Positions 49,161 through 58,200 of a DNA stretch of 64,000 nt are shown in pieces. Position numbers and translations under genes: made by a program. This DNA comes from Deltaproteobacteria bacterium (GTDB lineage: Bacteria; Myxococcota_A; UBA9160; UBA4427), in contig PAQX01000019.1 of the NCBI GenBank assembly GCA_002709835.1, positions 46,197 to 110,196 of the forward strand, written 5' to 3'. Under the pieces are notes generated by a model. It did no database searches, had not been told where the DNA came from, and was given only the letters and a program-made list of their open reading frames with translations. How positions within the stretch are numbered: the first letter of the stretch is position 1; every line of letters starts with the position of its first letter.

Positions 49161-51368
49161 TCACGACCTCCTGCGTCGCGCCCGGTCGAGTTCCGCCGCA
49201 AGCAGATCGGCCGCATCGCCCCCGGCGTCGGCGTCTGCGTTCGCGCCCCCCGGTTCCTCGCTGGAGACCATCGCTTCCTCGATCGCGCCTTCGCCCGTCA
49301 GGAAGCGAGCCACGTCTGCCGCCGTCGGGTGTTCCCAGGCGAGCGTCTCCGAGACTTCGTCCTCACGTTCGAGCCAGGAACCGAGCGCCGTCGCCAACTC
49401 GATCGCGCCCACGGAATCGAGCCCCAGCTCGCTCATTGGCCGGTCCGGATCGAGTTCAGATGGCGCGAGCCCCAATCTGCGCCCGACCCAATCGAGCATG
49501 AAGCGCTCGATCTCCTGCACATTGGCATCCGGCCGCGAATCGAGTCCCCGATCTTCGGCACTGCTTGGCGTCTCCGCTTCTGTCGGTCGCGACCACCGCG
49601 CAACTTCGCTGAGCGCGCCTGCTTGGAAGAGATCGCGGCATGCGACCCGCTGAACCTTACCGCTCGGGGTCATCGGCAGACTGCCCGGCTCAAGGAGCAC
49701 GATCGTATGGGGCGAGACCTCGAACGCTTCAACGACGGCGCGACGGATCGATCCGAAGACCGAATCGGTCGAGTCGAGATCGAAACGCCGCGACACCTCG
49801 TGCACGATCACGAGCATGTCACCAAACTCCGATTCGACCGCGAACGCGGCGGTGACGTTAGTGGCCGCGACCTCGCTCGCTTCCTCAATCGCGCGCTCGA
49901 GATCGCTCGGAAAGAGGTTTCGACCTCGCAAGACGATCAGATCCTTGAGGCGCCCGCTGACGTAGAGCCGACCTTCCCGAAGAAAACCGAGATCGCCTGT
50001 TCGCACGAAGGGGCCGTCCCCCTCAGCCGTTCGGGCCCCGAAGGTCTCTTCGGTCGCCTTTTCGTTCTGCCAGTAGCCGCGCGCCACGCTCGGTCCTTGA
50101 ATCCAGATTTCTCCGGTTTGACCTTCACCCTGCGTCTGCTTGGTCTCCGGATCGACGCAGCGAACATCGTGACCGGCCACGGCGCTCCCGCTCGAGACCC
50201 GCGCCAGTGAGCCCGACCCGTTCGTCTCGGAGGCCTCGGCCCGTCCGGCCTCAAGGGCTTCCCGGTCGACACGCAGATGCGTCGCCCCATCACCGGCGAA
50301 GCCGCCCGTCGCCATCAACGTCGCCTCCGCGAGGCCATAACAAGGCAACCAGGCTTCCCGACGGAACCCGGCCGGCGCAAAAGTCTCGGCAAAGCGTTCG
50401 AGTGTGAGGGACGAAACGGCCTCTGCACCGTTGAAGGCGACCTTCCAGGACGAAAGGTCGAGCTGGGCACGCTCCTCTTCCGAGATCCGCATGAGGCAGT
50501 GTTCGTAGGCGAAATTCGGACCGCCGCTCGTGGTCGCACGGAACGCGCTGATCGCCTTGAGCCAGCGCACGGGGCTCCGGATGAACGCGCCCGGCGCCAT
50601 CAGGGTGACTGGGAAGCCGACGTAGAGCGGTTGCAACAGGCCACCGATCAGGCCCATGTCGTGATAGGGCGGGAGCCAGATCACACCGCGCGAATCTTCG
50701 TCGTGGCCAAAGCGTTCGCAAATGTGAGCCAGATTGTCCCCGAGGTTCGCGCAGCTGACCTGCACACCACGGGGGATGCCGGTCGAACCCGACGTGTACT
50801 GGAGGAAAGCCAGTCGGTCCGGATCGAAGGGACTCGCAGGCGGCGGCGCCCCCCCTTCCAGCGGCGCATCACTGACGACCGTCGCAGGCGCCTTGCCATT
50901 CGAGGCCCGTTCGTCCTCGAGCAGGTCGCCCAGATGACGGGTGACGCTCTCGGGCGCGAGCAGCGCGACTGCGTCGGAGTCGCGAATGACCCAACGGAGG
51001 CGCTCTTGCCTACGACGCCCGGGAGGCGGCAGAGGCACTGCGGTCACCCCCAGATGCAGGCACGCGAAGAACGCGGCTACGAACTCCAGCCCCGGGGGGA
51101 AAACGAGGATGACCCGGTGAGGCGCTTGCCTATCCGTTCGTTCGGGAAGGATCGGCGCAAGGCGCGTCGCGATCTCAGAGACCCAGCGTTCCAGTTCCGC
51201 GTAGGTCAGCGTGTCCTGACGGGCGGATTCGACCGGCTCGCCGTCATCCGCCAGGAATCGATAGGCAAGCTGATTCTGCTGATGAGTCGCACGATGTGAA
51301 AGGACATCGACGAGATTGCTAGAGAGAGACGGGCCCGATCGAACCGGCTCAGCTTCGGAGGGACACAA
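49161..51368 (-). CDS. fatty acyl-AMP ligase (FAAL) fused to an ACP, loading module (735 aa)
   Basis: A TTG start at 51368 has AAGGAG 8 nt upstream, and there is no in-frame ATG/GTG before the conserved N-terminus. Motifs FLQYTSGSTGIPRGV, PPYHDMGLIGG, TGDLGF and GRLKDLIVLRGRN are FadD32/FAAL-like. C-terminal ACP: LGLDSVGAIEL. The stop lies 3 nt before the next start. Confidence 0.9.
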   Translation of the reverse strand: MCPSEAEPVRSGPSLSSNLVDVLSHRATHQQNQLAYRFLADDGEPVESARQDTLTYAELERWVSEIATRLAPILPERTDRQAPHRVILVFPPGLEFVAAFFACLHLGVTAVPLPPPGRRRQERLRWVIRDSDAVALLAPESVTRHLGDLLEDERASNGKAPATVVSDAPLEGGAPPPASPFDPDRLAFLQYTSGSTGIPRGVQVSCANLGDNLAHICERFGHDEDSRGVIWLPPYHDMGLIGGLLQPLYVGFPVTLMAPGAFIRSPVRWLKAISAFRATTSGGPNFAYEHCLMRISEEERAQLDLSSWKVAFNGAEAVSSLTLERFAETFAPAGFRREAWLPCYGLAEATLMATGGFAGDGATHLRVDREALEAGRAEASETNGSGSLARVSSGSAVAGHDVRCVDPETKQTQGEGQTGEIWIQGPSVARGYWQNEKATEETFGARTAEGDGPFVRTGDLGFLREGRLYVSGRLKDLIVLRGRNLFPSDLERAIEEASEVAATNVTAAFAVESEFGDMLVIVHEVSRRFDLDSTDSVFGSIRRAVVEAFEVSPHTIVLLEPGSLPMTPSGKVQRVACRDLFQAGALSEVARWSRPTEAETPSSAEDRGLDSRPDANVQEIERFMLDWVGRRLGLAPSELDPDRPMSELGLDSVGAIELATALGSWLEREDEVSETLAWEHPTAADVARFLTGEGAIEEAMVSSEEPGGANADADAGGDAADLLAAELDRARRRRS

Positions 51369-51541
51369 GGGCTACGCTCCTTCCGCCGCCCCGCAGGGAT
51401 GCGGAGTCAAGAGCGCAGCAGCTCGGCCGGACTCCGGTCGAGGAAGTGCTCGTACGGGCACCTTGGGAATTCCTCGCACCGGACGGACGCAGACTGCCGG
51501 AAATGAGAGGCAGGATGGGTGAACCGCCACTCTACAAAACG

Positions 51542-51562
51542 CTGTTGCGCGAAACGCAACAG
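51542..51562. promoter_or_regulatory. perfect inverted repeat CTGTTGCG-N5-CGCAACAG in the divergent intergenic region (candidate operator)
   Basis: Read directly: ctgttgcg cgaaa cgcaacag. The core TGCG-N5-CGCA also fits a T-N11-A pattern. A related half-copy GCTGTTCGCAAC occurs at 51589-51600. Confidence 0.3.
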
Positions 51563-51604
51563 GGGCTTGAGTCTACTCGGGCCGGCCCGCTGTTCGCAAC
51601 CCGA

Positions 51605-51632
51605 TTGCATACTAATCTCGGCATGTTATATC
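51605..51632 (+). promoter_or_regulatory. candidate sigma70-type promoter for the plus-strand operon
   Basis: TTGCAT (51605-51610), a 16-nt spacer, then TATATC (51627-51632). It lies in the most AT-rich patch of the intergenic region, about 240 nt upstream of the ATG at 51874. Pattern match only. Confidence 0.25.
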
Positions 51633-51873
51633 ATTCTCACACCCACGGCGCTCGCCATTAGACATCCACTAAGAGACCAGTCCTCGGCGTCTCGGCGTCG
51701 AGCCTCGTCTTGAGTCTTCCGAACATCTCCGTCCTCGCGAGCGCACCCGCGCCGAGGGTCTGCATGTTGGTGTTGCGGCGACTTTTCGCCCTTACGCTGC
51801 TTCTGACGCTCAGCGATTTGCTCTCGTGCTCGCGTTGATTCGCGCCGCGGTGGCGGACTGATGTCCTCTTTTC

Positions 51874-54800
51874 ATGAGCCAATCCGAAGACATCGACCGC
51901 CTGCTCGCTCAACTCTTCCGTCTCGGCGTCCGCCTCGAGGCCAAGGGCGACAGCCTGAGGGCTTTTGGGCCCAAAAGTGCGCTGGACGGAAAACTCCGCC
52001 AGGAGATCCAGGATCGGAAGGCCGAGATCCTCGCGACCCTGGCCGCGCGAAAGCATAGTGCGGGTTCGGCCGCGTCGGCTTCGATCGGCACCAGTGACCG
52101 ACCGACTAACCCTCCTCTCTCCTTCGCCCAGCAACGACTCTGGTTTCTCGAGCAGCTCCAACCCGGGACTTCGGCGTACAACCTTCCCCTTGGTTTCACG
52201 ATCCAGGGCCAGCTCGAGCCGAAAGCCCTGATCGCCACGCTCGACGAACTCATCGCTCGCCACGAGATCCTGCGGACTCGCTACGTCCTCGACGAGGGCG
52301 AAGCCATTCAAGTCATCGATGAGGAAGTCCAACTCACCGTCCCCGTCCTCGATCTCCGGGACCAGGTCGACCGCGAACGCGCCGTCATCGCTGAGATCCG
52401 CTCCGCCGCGGCGCGCCCCTTCGATCTCGCGGCCGAACATCCGGTACGCGCCGCGATCCACCGAGTCGGCGACGCCCATTGGGTTGTGCTCTTCACCCTC
52501 CATCACATAGCCGCCGACGGCTGGTCCCTTGAGATCCTGCTGCGAGAGATCTCGACGATCTATCCTGCGAAACTCCTCGGGACGGAAGCCTCGCTGCCTG
52601 ATCTACCTGTCCAATACGCGGACTTCGCGGTTTGGCAGCGATCCGACGCGCACGCGCAGACACTCGACCAACAGCTCCGCTACTGGCGCAAACAGCTCGA
52701 CGGTCACATCCCCCGACTCCAACTTCCGACCGACCACACGCGTCCGCGCAGCCAGAACTTCAACGGGGACTTCGTAGAGTTCGAGATCGACCGCCACGTA
52801 GCCGACCGACTCCGGCAGATTGGAAAGACGCGCGGCGCAACGCTGTACATGACGTTGCTCGCCGCACTGAACGTCCAACTCCTCCGGTATACCGGCCAGC
52901 GCGACATCCTGGTCGGGTCTCCGATCGCGAATCGCCAACATGCCGAGGTCGAATCCCTCGTCGGGCTCTTCGTGAATACGCTGGTCATCCGTTCGCGCCT
53001 CGACCCCAAGGATCGTTTCGAAACCCTGGTCGACCAGGTCCGGGAGACGACCCTCGCGGCCTACGACCACCAGGACCTTCCTTTCGAGCTGCTCGTCGAG
53101 GCCCTCGCGCCCGATCGCGACCCTGGCATACACCCACTCTTCCAGGTGAAGTTCCGCCTTGAGAACGCGCCTGCCCAACGCCTCGAGATGCCAGGCCTGA
53201 CCCTCGAGCGCCTTCGCCAGGAAACCGTGTCCGCCAAGCTCGACCTGAGCGTCGACGTCTATGAGACGGATGGAGGCCTGGCCGGCGCCTTCGAATACGA
53301 TCGCGACCTCTTCGATCGCACAACGATCGAACGTATGAGCGCACAGTATGCAGCGCTCCTCGAAGTCATCGCGAGCCAACCAACAGCGGCGATCGGCTCG
53401 CTGTCCGCGCTGACCGAAGCAGAGATCACCCGACAGCAGCGCGAGTGGAACGACTCAACGAAGTCCTATCGCGACGACGCCTGCTACCACCACCTCTTCG
53501 AAGACCAGGCCGCCGCCCATCCCGACACGCTCGCGGTCCGATTCGACGACGGCTGCACGCATACGGATCTCACCTACGACGCGTTGAACGCACGCGCGAA
53601 TCGGCTCGCGCGCCGATTGATCGACGAAGGCGTCGGCCCCGAGTGCGTGGTCGCGATCTGCCTGGACCGATCGCCGGAGATGGTCGTCGCCATGCTGGGC
53701 GTCCTGAAGGCCGGAGGCGCCTACCTTCCCCTCGATGCGGAGTACCCCGCCGAGCGGCTCGAGTACATGATCGAGGACGCCGCCGTCCAGCTACTGGTCG
53801 GCGGCGGTCAAGCGCCAAAACTCTCAGGCGCGAAGATGATCGACCTCGATCGTTTCGACTGGAGCGGCGATGACCCGGGCAATCCGGATGTCGCGTTGTC
53901 CCCCGACAATCTGGCCTACCTGATTTACACGTCGGGTTCGACCGGACGACCGAAGGGGGTCACGATCGCCCACCGTGGCCTCGTGAACCTGACCGAAGAC
54001 AAGATCAGGAAGTGCGACGTCCGCCACGGCGACTGCGTTCTCCAGTTCTTCTCGTTCAGCTTCGACGGGTCCGTCCCGGAGTTCGTGATGACCCTCGCGA
54101 CCGGCGCGCACTTACTGATGGCGCCGGCGGAAACGATGCTGCCCGGGCCGGAACTCGCGGACCTCCTCCGACGCAATGACGTCACGCACATCACGCTCAC
54201 CCCGTCGGCACTCACCGCGCTCCCGTCTGGGGACTACCCCGCGCTCCGGATGGCACTCGTCGGCGGCGAAGCACCTTCTCCCGAGCTGATCCGGGAGTGG
54301 AGTCAGGGTCGGAACTTCATCAACGCCTATGGGCCGACCGAGACCACGGTCAACGCGAGCATGGTCTATTGCGGGAACGAGCACCCCGTCGAACCGACAA
54401 TCCTGCCTAGCGCGAACAAGCAGCTTTACGTCCTCGACCCCGATCTCCAGATCACACCGGTCGGCGTCGTCGGCGAGCTGCACATCGGCGGGGTCGGTCT
54501 CGCGCGCGGCTACCACAACCAACCTGCGCTGACCGCAGAACGCTTCATCCCGAACCCATTCGCGACCGGCGAGACGGGCGAGCATGGCATCGGCGCACCG
54601 CCGCTCCTGTACAAGAGCGGCGACCTCGCCGCCTATCTCCATGACGGTCGGATCAAGATCCTGGGACGCGTCGACCACCAGACCAAGCTGCGCGGCTTTC
54701 GGATCGAACTCGGCGAGATCGAGCGCAATCTCGAGGCCCATCCGGCCGTCCGCGCCGGCGTCGTGGCGATCCGGGAGTTCGGCGACGATCGGCGTTTGGT

Positions 54801-55284
54801 CGCCTATGCCGTACCAAAGGACGCCCCGGTCGACCCGGCCGAAATCCGACAGTTCCTCGCATCGAAGCTGCCCCACTTCATGCTCCCGACGACGTGCGTA
54901 TGGATCCCGGAGCTGCCGCGAACGAGCAATGACAAGCTCGACAGCGACGCGCTCCCCATGCCGAACTTCACGAAGGCCGAGCGCCGAGAGCCGCGGACGG
55001 AGACCGAGGCTCTCCTCGTCGAGACTTTCGCATCCGTCCTCGCGCTCGATCGTGTCGGAATCGACGACGATTTCTTCGACCTCGGCGGGCACTCGCTCCT
55101 CGTCACCCGGCTCGTAGCGCTCCTCAAGAATCGATTCGACGTCGAGGTCACGGTCATGGATCTCTTCGACGCGCCGAGCGCCTCGTCCCTTGCGCAGCGG
55201 ATCGAACAAAAGCAGGTGATCGGTCGGCTCGTCGAATCCGACGTCGAAGGCGCAGACGACGACCGAGAGGAGATGGCGCTGTGA
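51874..55284 (+). CDS. NRPS, one module with an N-terminal docking domain: DD-C(LCL)-A-T (1136 aa)
   Basis: Residues 4-58 form a TubC_N-type docking domain (DIDRLLAQLFRLGVRLEAKGDSLRAFGPKSALDGKLRQEIQDRKAEILATL). C domain: LSFAQQRLWFLEQL, HHIAADGWS. A domain: LAYLIYTSGSTGRPKGV, YKSGDL, hand-read code DGPTLGAVNK. T domain: FFDLGGHSLLVTRL. No E/TE. Acidic C-terminal tail ...VESDVEGADDDREEMAL. Confidence 0.95.
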   Translation: MSQSEDIDRLLAQLFRLGVRLEAKGDSLRAFGPKSALDGKLRQEIQDRKAEILATLAARKHSAGSAASASIGTSDRPTNPPLSFAQQRLWFLEQLQPGTSAYNLPLGFTIQGQLEPKALIATLDELIARHEILRTRYVLDEGEAIQVIDEEVQLTVPVLDLRDQVDRERAVIAEIRSAAARPFDLAAEHPVRAAIHRVGDAHWVVLFTLHHIAADGWSLEILLREISTIYPAKLLGTEASLPDLPVQYADFAVWQRSDAHAQTLDQQLRYWRKQLDGHIPRLQLPTDHTRPRSQNFNGDFVEFEIDRHVADRLRQIGKTRGATLYMTLLAALNVQLLRYTGQRDILVGSPIANRQHAEVESLVGLFVNTLVIRSRLDPKDRFETLVDQVRETTLAAYDHQDLPFELLVEALAPDRDPGIHPLFQVKFRLENAPAQRLEMPGLTLERLRQETVSAKLDLSVDVYETDGGLAGAFEYDRDLFDRTTIERMSAQYAALLEVIASQPTAAIGSLSALTEAEITRQQREWNDSTKSYRDDACYHHLFEDQAAAHPDTLAVRFDDGCTHTDLTYDALNARANRLARRLIDEGVGPECVVAICLDRSPEMVVAMLGVLKAGGAYLPLDAEYPAERLEYMIEDAAVQLLVGGGQAPKLSGAKMIDLDRFDWSGDDPGNPDVALSPDNLAYLIYTSGSTGRPKGVTIAHRGLVNLTEDKIRKCDVRHGDCVLQFFSFSFDGSVPEFVMTLATGAHLLMAPAETMLPGPELADLLRRNDVTHITLTPSALTALPSGDYPALRMALVGGEAPSPELIREWSQGRNFINAYGPTETTVNASMVYCGNEHPVEPTILPSANKQLYVLDPDLQITPVGVVGELHIGGVGLARGYHNQPALTAERFIPNPFATGETGEHGIGAPPLLYKSGDLAAYLHDGRIKILGRVDHQTKLRGFRIELGEIERNLEAHPAVRAGVVAIREFGDDRRLVAYAVPKDAPVDPAEIRQFLASKLPHFMLPTTCVWIPELPRTSNDKLDSDALPMPNFTKAERREPRTETEALLVETFASVLALDRVGIDDDFFDLGGHSLLVTRLVALLKNRFDVEVTVMDLFDAPSASSLAQRIEQKQVIGRLVESDVEGADDDREEMAL
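51883..52047 (+). other. TubC_N-type (beta-hairpin) docking domain, copy 1 (N-terminus of the NRPS)
   Basis: Pattern L..L...GV.L...G..L....PK.AL...L...L...KAEIL..L, as in the N-terminal docking domains of myxobacterial-type NRPS subunits. Assigned from memory of the family consensus. Confidence 0.7.
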
Positions 55285-58200
55285 ATGTGCGCTCCTCCGG
55301 ACGTTTGAACCCGACGACGACCTTCGAGCCGCTGTGGAATCAGTGGTACGCGTGGAGCTATCTGATCCCGCCCGCCTCCGCGTCGCGGTATCTGACCGAA
55401 TCCCATCTCGCGACGCTGCAGTCCTTCGCGGATGCGCCCGAAATACACGTCGAGGCGCTCCGCGATCCGGCGATGCGCGGCGGTCCCTTCATCGAATACG
55501 GCGTCGATCGCGCGGACGAGATCCGGGCGTTGTTCACCCGCACGACCGCGAAAACCACAGCCTTGGCGAACCTGAGTCTCGCAATCCGTAATCTCGAGGC
55601 GAAGCTGTCGGCCTATCCGCGCGGCATGTCCCTCGAACCGCTCTACGACGAGATCCCCGAACCCCTTCGCGGCTTCGTCGAACTCGTCTATGACGCCCGG
55701 GACAGCGCTGCCATCCGCTTCATCGAGCCGATGCTCTACCGGAGCGAGTTCTACGACCCCTCGCTCCAGACGATCGCGCTGCAGCGAATGGACGATCCCG
55801 ACACCCGCGGCTTCGTGCTGAGCACGCCGCGCCTCGAGGCCGACCTCGACTGCCATCTGCCGATCCCCTTCGACGACGCGCGCATCGATGCCCTCGCGCG
55901 TACCCGTCGCGAAGCGCGGGTGATCGGCGAACTCGCCGAAGAACTCGGGATCGGCGCCGCTGAACTTGATCGTTTCGCAGCACTCTTCACCGAGACGAAG
56001 GCGCCCGAAGCCGGCGTCCGTGCCGAAGGCGTCCGCGTCCGATACCTGGGTCATGCTTGCGTTCTCCTCGAGACCCGAGACGTCACGATCCTCGTCGACC
56101 CGCTGATTCCCTACGCAAGCGCAACCGGAATCGATCGAATCTCGTACGACGATCTGCCGGAGCGGCTAGATTACGTTCTGATCACTCACAACCATCAGGA
56201 CCACGTGATGCTGGAGACCCTTCTCCAGCTGCGCCACCGGATCGGCACGGTCGTCGTCCCGCGTTCCCAGAAGGGCTCGATCCTCGACCCGTCGATGCGT
56301 CTATGCCTGAAGCGGATCGGCTTCCGGAGCGTTCGGGAGATAGACGAGCTGGACGCAATCGACCTCCCCGATGGTGAGATCGTTTCGCTTCCCGTACTCG
56401 GGGAACACGGAGACCTGAACATCGGGGCGAAGAGCGCCTACTGGATCCGCGTCCTAGGACGATCGATCGTGTGCGCCGCCGACTCGAACAGCATCGACGA
56501 CCGACTCTACGCCCACTTCCGCCAGCTACTCGGCCGACCGGATCTCCTCTTCATCGGCATGGAGTGCGACGGCGCCCCCTTTACCTGGTCCTATGGGCCG
56601 ATCCTGCCCACGCCGGTGCCCCAGCGGATCGCGAAGTCCCGCCGCCTCGACGGCTCGGACGCCGAGCGCGCTCTGCGGATCGTCGACGCGCTCGATCCGA
56701 GCGCCGTCTACGTTTACGCGATGGGCGGCGAACCGTGGCTGACCTTCATCACATCGATCGCTTATACCGAAACGTCGCGCCCGATCGTCGCGTCGAACCG
56801 ATTCGTCGAAGCCTGCCACGAGCGCGGCCTCGACAGCGCGCGCCTCCTCGGGCGACGGGACTTCCACTTGACGCCCGGCAACGGGACCACCGCCCCCTCC
56901 GCGGCCCCGCTCCCGGCTCGGCTCGACCCGAACCTCGAGGCGTCGCCGCAGCCGGTCGCCGCGTCTAAGCGCCCCTCGGAAACCGCCAGTGCAGTCTCGG
57001 CCCGTCGCGATGGCAAAGGTCAGAAGCTAACGGCGCTCCTCGCGGAGCTCGAGTCTCTGGACGTCCGCTTACACGTCGACGGCGAGCAGCTGAAGGTGAA
57101 CTCGCCGAAGGGCGCGCTGACCGACACGCTCAAAGCCGCGCTGAAGGAGCACAAGGCGGCGATCGTGGCGCTCATCTCGGGCGGCCGCGATAGCGAGGCG
57201 AAGGCCGGACCGGAAGATGAGCGCCCCGCGCACGAGGGTGCCGAAGACGTTCGTCTTGCCGCGGACCTCGTCGTCGCGAGTTCGCGCACCCCGCGCCACG
57301 ACACCACGCCGAGCGAGATCCTCCTGACGGGCGCCACGGGTTTCCTCGGCGCCTATCTCATGGACGCGCTGCTCGAACGGACCGACGCCCGCATCACCTG
57401 CCTCGTCCGATCGGACTCCACCGAAGCCGGACTCGAGCGGATCGCGGAGGCCTTCTCGCTCTACGCCCTGGACTCCGGGCGCCTTGAAGCGCGGATCGAC
57501 GTGCTCCCGAGCGACCTCACGAAGCCCCGCCTTGGGCTCGACGAAGCGACCTTCGATCGACTCGCGTGCGAAATCGACGTGATCCATCACGCCGGCGCCA
57601 TGGTGCACCACGCTTCACCCTACTCGCAGCTCCGCGACGCGAACGTCGACGGCACCCGTCGGATCCTCGAACTCGCGGCGGCGGGCGGCGGCCTCCCGGT
57701 CCACTACGTCTCGACCCTGAGCGTCCTCCCGCCCCGTCCATTCCCCGGGAAGACCCGCTTCCACGAGCACGATCCGATCGACGCGTTTCCGGTACCGGCC
57801 GGCGGCTACAACCTGAGCAAGTGGGTCGCGGAGCATCTCGTCGTCGACGCCCGCCGCGCAGGGATTCCGGTCTCGGTCTACCGGCCCGGTCCGGTTTCCG
57901 GCGACCAGCGCACGGGCGCCTTCAATCGCGACGACTTCCTCTACCGCTTGATGTCGGGATACCTGCAGTCGGGCCTCGCGCCGGACGGCGAGACCTCCCT
58001 CGACATGCTGCCTGTCGACTTCGTTGCCGAGACGATCGTCGCGCTGGCGGACGATCCGGATTCCCTTGGACAGACCTTCCACCTTCTCCACCCGAATCCC
58101 GCCTCCTCGGAGATCCTCTTCGAGGTCTGCCGTGAAGCGGGTCATCCGATCAAACGCGTGCCCTATCAGCGCTGGTTCGAACACCTGACCGAAATCGCGA

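Noticed and set aside
51620-51638. Possible Fur box overlapping the -10-like element (GGCATGTTATATCATTCTC)
   Set aside because: Only the right half (ATCATTCTC versus ATCATTATC) matches the 19-bp consensus. Hand alignment gives about 10 of 19 positions overall, which is too weak to call. It is kept only as a note in the iron-link hypothesis.
51658-52506. 282-aa minus-strand ORF overlapping the intergenic region and the start of the plus-strand NRPS
   Set aside because: It is antisense to the docking-domain and C-domain coding sequence, which has clear motifs. No motif of its own and no plausible ribosome-binding site were seen.
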